This document shows, piece after piece, positions 49,284 through 53,572 of a stretch of DNA of 53,572 nucleotides (positions are counted from its first letter, which is position 1; each line of letters opens with the position of its first letter). The notes beneath the pieces were generated by a model. The model did no database searches, was not told the origin of the DNA, and was given only the letters and a program-made list of their open reading frames with translations. Made by a program: the position numbers and the translations under genes. The DNA is from Octopus bimaculoides. Lineage: Eukaryota. Location: NCBI RefSeq assembly GCF_001194135.2, contig NC_068984.1, positions 1,247,789-1,301,360 of the forward strand, written 5' to 3'.

Positions 49284-49533
49284 TGGGCATATGGCATAGT
49301 AGTTAAGAGCACAGGCTACTAACCCCAAGCTTCCGAGTTCAATTCCAAGCAGTGACCTGAATAATAACAACAACAACAACAATATCAAAAAAATCTTAGG
49401 AATGAGAACCCAGATTCGAAATTTCCCCAAGACACCTGATGAAGGCTGGAGGGTATATCAGCCGAAACTTTGTGTTAACAACAAACAAGATGAGGACAAA
49501 TATCCGTCAATTGCAAATAATGTAAATAATGTC
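49284..49533 (+). mobile_element. SINE-like element: tRNA-derived Pol III head, (CAA)n linker and Penelope-like tail
   Basis: A-box TGGCATAGTAG (49292-49302), B-box GAGTTCAATTCC (49335-49346); the tail contains a hammerhead core. Confidence 0.8.
49431..49476 (+). ncRNA. Minimal type I hammerhead ribozyme motif (this copy probably degenerate)
   Basis: Stem I GACAC/GTGTT, core CTGATGA, extra A, stem II GGCTG/CAGCC, GAAAC, then TTT where CGT-H is expected. Confidence 0.7.
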
Positions 49534-51677
49534 ACTCTCACATTTAGCCTACAATGTCACTCTAAATATACACAATCACATCGTCCAAATTTCAAAACTC
49601 CAAGATAATCCATGATTAATTCAAAACAATGTGAAAAAAATAAGGATTACATTTTGACAAAGCAATCAGAATGCTAAAAGGGTTAAAAGTTTACTCAAAG
49701 ACAAATTTGTACAAGAATTTTAACTGAATTCAAAGACATTCAAAGCCAATCTTATGTAAAAGAAAATTCCAAAATGGATTTCCATTCTGGATGCATGGAA
49801 TATGATAGCAATGTCATGGAAGCAAAAATCTCAGAGAGGAATGTTCAAAATTGCAGCAAAAAAAGAAGAAAAGAAAAAGCCAATTACAGAGAACTTTTGA
49901 CAAACGACAATTCTTGAAACAATATCCAGACAAAAGCATTTGGAAATTGGTTGGCTATGAATAATAAAGGTGAAGCAGGAGGGAGATACAATGAGAGAAA
50001 TACTTCAAGTTGGTTTTGATGGTGACACTAAATTAGAAGAAGAGAATTAACCAAAAACTAAAAGAAATGTCAGCTCTTCTAACCAAAATGCAGAAAGCAA
50101 GAACATCTCAAAGCATTTCATCATGCAACACAGATTGCTAGAATTTCAAAAGCAATATGTGTGTGTGAGTGACATTATATAAATGTAAAGAACATCGGAT
50201 GAGATTTTAAGTAAATAATAATAAAAATAGGAATTTAATCAATAACACTAACATGCTCTTCATATTCCCTCTCTCATCATCTCTCCCCCATACACTCTTG
50301 CAACTTCTCCCCACCCACATTCCCTCTTCTCACTCCACCCTCACAACTCATCCCCATCATTTTTATCTCTCCACTTCCACCCCAATCAACCCCATCATCT
50401 CTTCTATCATGTGAGTAACCAAGTGGTACCTCTACAGCTACAAACCTCTTCTGTCCTGACTCACCCCCCCCCTCTCTCTCTCTCTCTCATTTTACCCACT
50501 CATCTCTTAGCATAAAGCCACCTCCCTCCCTCTCCCCCACCAAAGGGGATTTTAGTCCTGCGGGCTGCATGGCAACCTCATCCAATGCAAATAATAACAT
50601 GGTTGACATTAAGAAGGCTATCCATCCATAAAACGCATGCCAAACGAAACACATGGTACAATCTTTGAACACTTCAGATCTTGTCAAACTGTCCAGGCCA
50701 TTCCAATATGGAAATGGACATTGAATGATATTTTCATTTCAATAATAGAAATTGTATAATATTTTTGTAAGGATGATTTAGATAATATATAAAAATTTTA
50801 AATAAATAATTTAACATGTTTGAACTGTTTTACAGAATATACAACATATTCGTTCTCACAGTAGAATCCTGATAAATATTGTATATTGAAAATGCTTACT
50901 GATCTAGAGACATATGTAGTGAAGTATTAGTTTAACACAATACAGTTTATAAGTTTTCATTTGAACATTAGCTAACGAGGCACTTGTTTATTTAAATGTG
51001 AATCTAAATATGTTATTACACCTTCGTTTAACGTCTGCTTTCCATGCTAGCATGGGTTAGGGTTAGGGTTAGGTACTAAACAACAGGAAGTCAGAATCTG
51101 CGATAAAGTTCTTTTAAATAAAAGTCTGGAAAACCTCTCAGCACAAATATAAATTATTGAGGTTTTGTTTAGGGTTACTCAAAGGTGAGAGGTCACCACA
51201 TTCTAAGTTCCTAGATTGCAGATTATTATACTTATAAAAACAATTATTCAATGAAATAAACCTAAGGATGGAGTGTCACCCTATTTTCAAAATTACATAG
51301 TAAAATACCCAAGTATTGTACTACAGTATCCCATCCAACCAGGACCTCTACTAAATATTTAAGACAACCCTATTTCTTCAGAACACCAAAGTTCCCACTA
51401 CAACATTAGACATGGCAATAGTTGAGCCATAAGACCAACTGCATCAATATCAGTTATTCCCACCACCACCACCATCCCTGCTACAAATTCTAGAAGTTGT
51501 TATGGCTTTGGTCACTCCCCCAGGGACCAATATAAACAAACAATGACCGCAATGGCTGTGTAACCATTTCAATCAATCATGACCTACATATTGACTTCTT
51601 CATGAAGAGTGCACTTGAACTAACTTTCCTTCAGTGGGAAGCAAATGCATTTTGAAATTTGAAATGAGGAAGTTTTA

Positions 51678-51711
<34 letters not shown>

Positions 51712-51989
51712 TGTCTGTGTGTGATATAGAACCAGTGGAATCTCATCAAGCATTCAAATGAATAAAATTGAATTTCTTTATAATCACTTTCGATATGACA
51801 GCAATAGAGAGATTAAGAGTCTTGTAGAAAAGGGGTAGCAGAAAAAAGAAAATGGTAAAAACAATGGAATAAATAAAAATCAATAGACTCAATGGAAGAT
51901 CTTCACCAGTGATTTATGAGGAGTTCTTTTATAGAATTTAAATTGGTCTAAACCGATTGGTTCTTGTCTTCAGACATTGTAATGCAGAA

Positions 51990-52390
51990 TCTTTAAGACA
52001 GAGTATAGCATAATAGCAACGTAACAAGAGTAAATGTCATATAAAGAGTAACAGAGTAAATCCTATCGGAGCAGAAAACTTGATAGCAACATGGCTTGAG
52101 TGACCGACAGGCTTAGAGTGGCAAATATTGTACAACATAAAACATGATGGCCACATGACTATACTGAAAGTATATCACAAAATATAATAGCAACAGAAAG
52201 CATGATAGCAATATGGTTATCGTAAATGTATGATACAAAATATGATAGTAACTTAAGAGATGATAGCAACACAAAGCAAAATAGCAATAGAAAGCAAGAT
52301 AGGAGCGCAAAGCATGATTGCAACATGGCTATAATAAATGTAGAACAGAGGCCATGAGAGCAACATAAGGAACAATAACAATATAACTAC
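51990..52390. repeat. Highly degenerate short tandem repeat built on (A)AAGCATGATAGCAAC
   Basis: ATAGCAAC/ATAGCAAT recurs many times at irregular spacing. Confidence 0.7.
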
Positions 52391-53572
52391 AGTAAATGTT
52401 GTGACAGAAAAGAGTTGAATCAAAACTTTCTCAATTTTCATTTTGATGTTTTTGGTTTGGATGTGTTCTTCAGATCAACAAAGATCATTAGATATTTTCG
52501 TTCCAGAAATTTGAAGACATTCATCAATATCTTCTTCTTGGATGCAAATAGGGAAATGTTTTTACCCCATTCTTCGTCAAATCAATGATCTCTTTTGTAT
52601 AATATTGAATTTCAAATAAACTTCCACAACATGTGACCTCATTCTTCGTCTTGTTAAGCTGGCAGAATGGTCAGCATGCCAGGCAAAAGGCTTAGCAGCA
52701 TTTCTGCTGGCTCTTTACATTCTGAGTTCAAATTCCACCGAGGTCAGCTTTGCCTTTCATTTTTTCGAGGTCAATGAAATAAGTAGCATTTGAGCATCAC
52801 AATTCATGCAAATGACTTACTATTGCTGGCCTTCTGCCAAAATTACAAACAATTATTATTATTATTATTACATAGCATGTGTCTCTTCAGTGTATCAAGT
52901 TTTTAACTAATAGACAGGTTTAAATGCTGATTTTCTTGCAGGATACCCTGTCTATAGTTAGCTAAGATAAAAATGAATTCAAAGCATTTCTAATTGTGAA
53001 ATGCTTTAAAAGGTGACAGCAACACAGCAAGAGCAACCAAAAGAAATGTTTAACGTTGACAAACAAATACTGAACACATACTACAACATCGATAACAACA
53101 TCATTTAAAGATGAAAATATTACCGGTGATTATTAACAATTGGAGGCTTGGGAACAGCTATGACACTGCATGGAGAGATGACATTTAATTATTACTCAAT
53201 TCACTTGAATAACTGAAACAGCAGCACAGCTTGCATTAGTTAACATTCAACAAAACATTTCACTGAAATATGCTTCAAAAGAAACCAATAACTCAAATGA
53301 AAAATTTATTTTAATCATTTTTAAATCAGCCTCCCCTCACTTTTCAACCAAGAGGTTTCAGATTCAGTCCCAGCATGGGATACCCTTATCAAGCATTTTC
53401 TATAGCAGGCTTCGACCAACCAAAGCATTGGCAGTTAGCATGACAAACAGAAACTTTATGAAGCTATCCACCTGCCCATTTGTGTGAGTGATTACAAATT
53501 GAATTCTTTTGACACTCCCTGCTAGGCAAAGCATCATGCAGAATTGTGCCCAAAGAAAGAAAGAAAGAAAGA

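Noticed and set aside
52440-52640. Short open frames on both strands near the window end as possible upstream SNX14 (RGS) exons
   Set aside because: No similarity to the expected YEHV…FCHSDEY region and no matching splice pair.

Overview
Eukaryotic, AT-rich, microsatellite-, SINE- and LINE-dense genomic DNA with five N gaps. The repeat content points to a coleoid cephalopod, most likely Octopus (inference). The window lies inside one minus-strand gene, sorting nexin 14 (SNX14). I traced 13 consecutive GT-AG coding exons between 47211 and 7700 (1104 nt). Their splice phases match at all 12 junctions and give a stop-free frame covering the post-RGS linker, the whole PX domain and the start of the PXC region; the remaining exons appear to lie outside the window. 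The introns hold RTE-type and restriction-like-endonuclease LINE fragments, two tRNA-derived SINE families, Tc1/mariner relics, hAT MITEs, a Penelope-like GIY-YIG remnant, a 24-bp minisatellite and many microsatellites. Main findings: (1) a SINE-like element with a tRNA-derived Pol III head and a Penelope-type minimal hammerhead ribozyme tail, in a head-to-head fold-back around a perfect 20-bp palindrome (49083-49533), plus two further short hammerhead-bearing repeat families; (2) a 565-bp fold-back element beside the PX-start exon that carries a decayed 70-bp copy of that same exon (43011-43575); (3) frame-preserving alternative splice options in SNX14. Homology calls come from recalled sequences and manual translation, not database searches. 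Repeat boundaries are approximate to about 10-30 bp unless a TIR or TSD fixes them.
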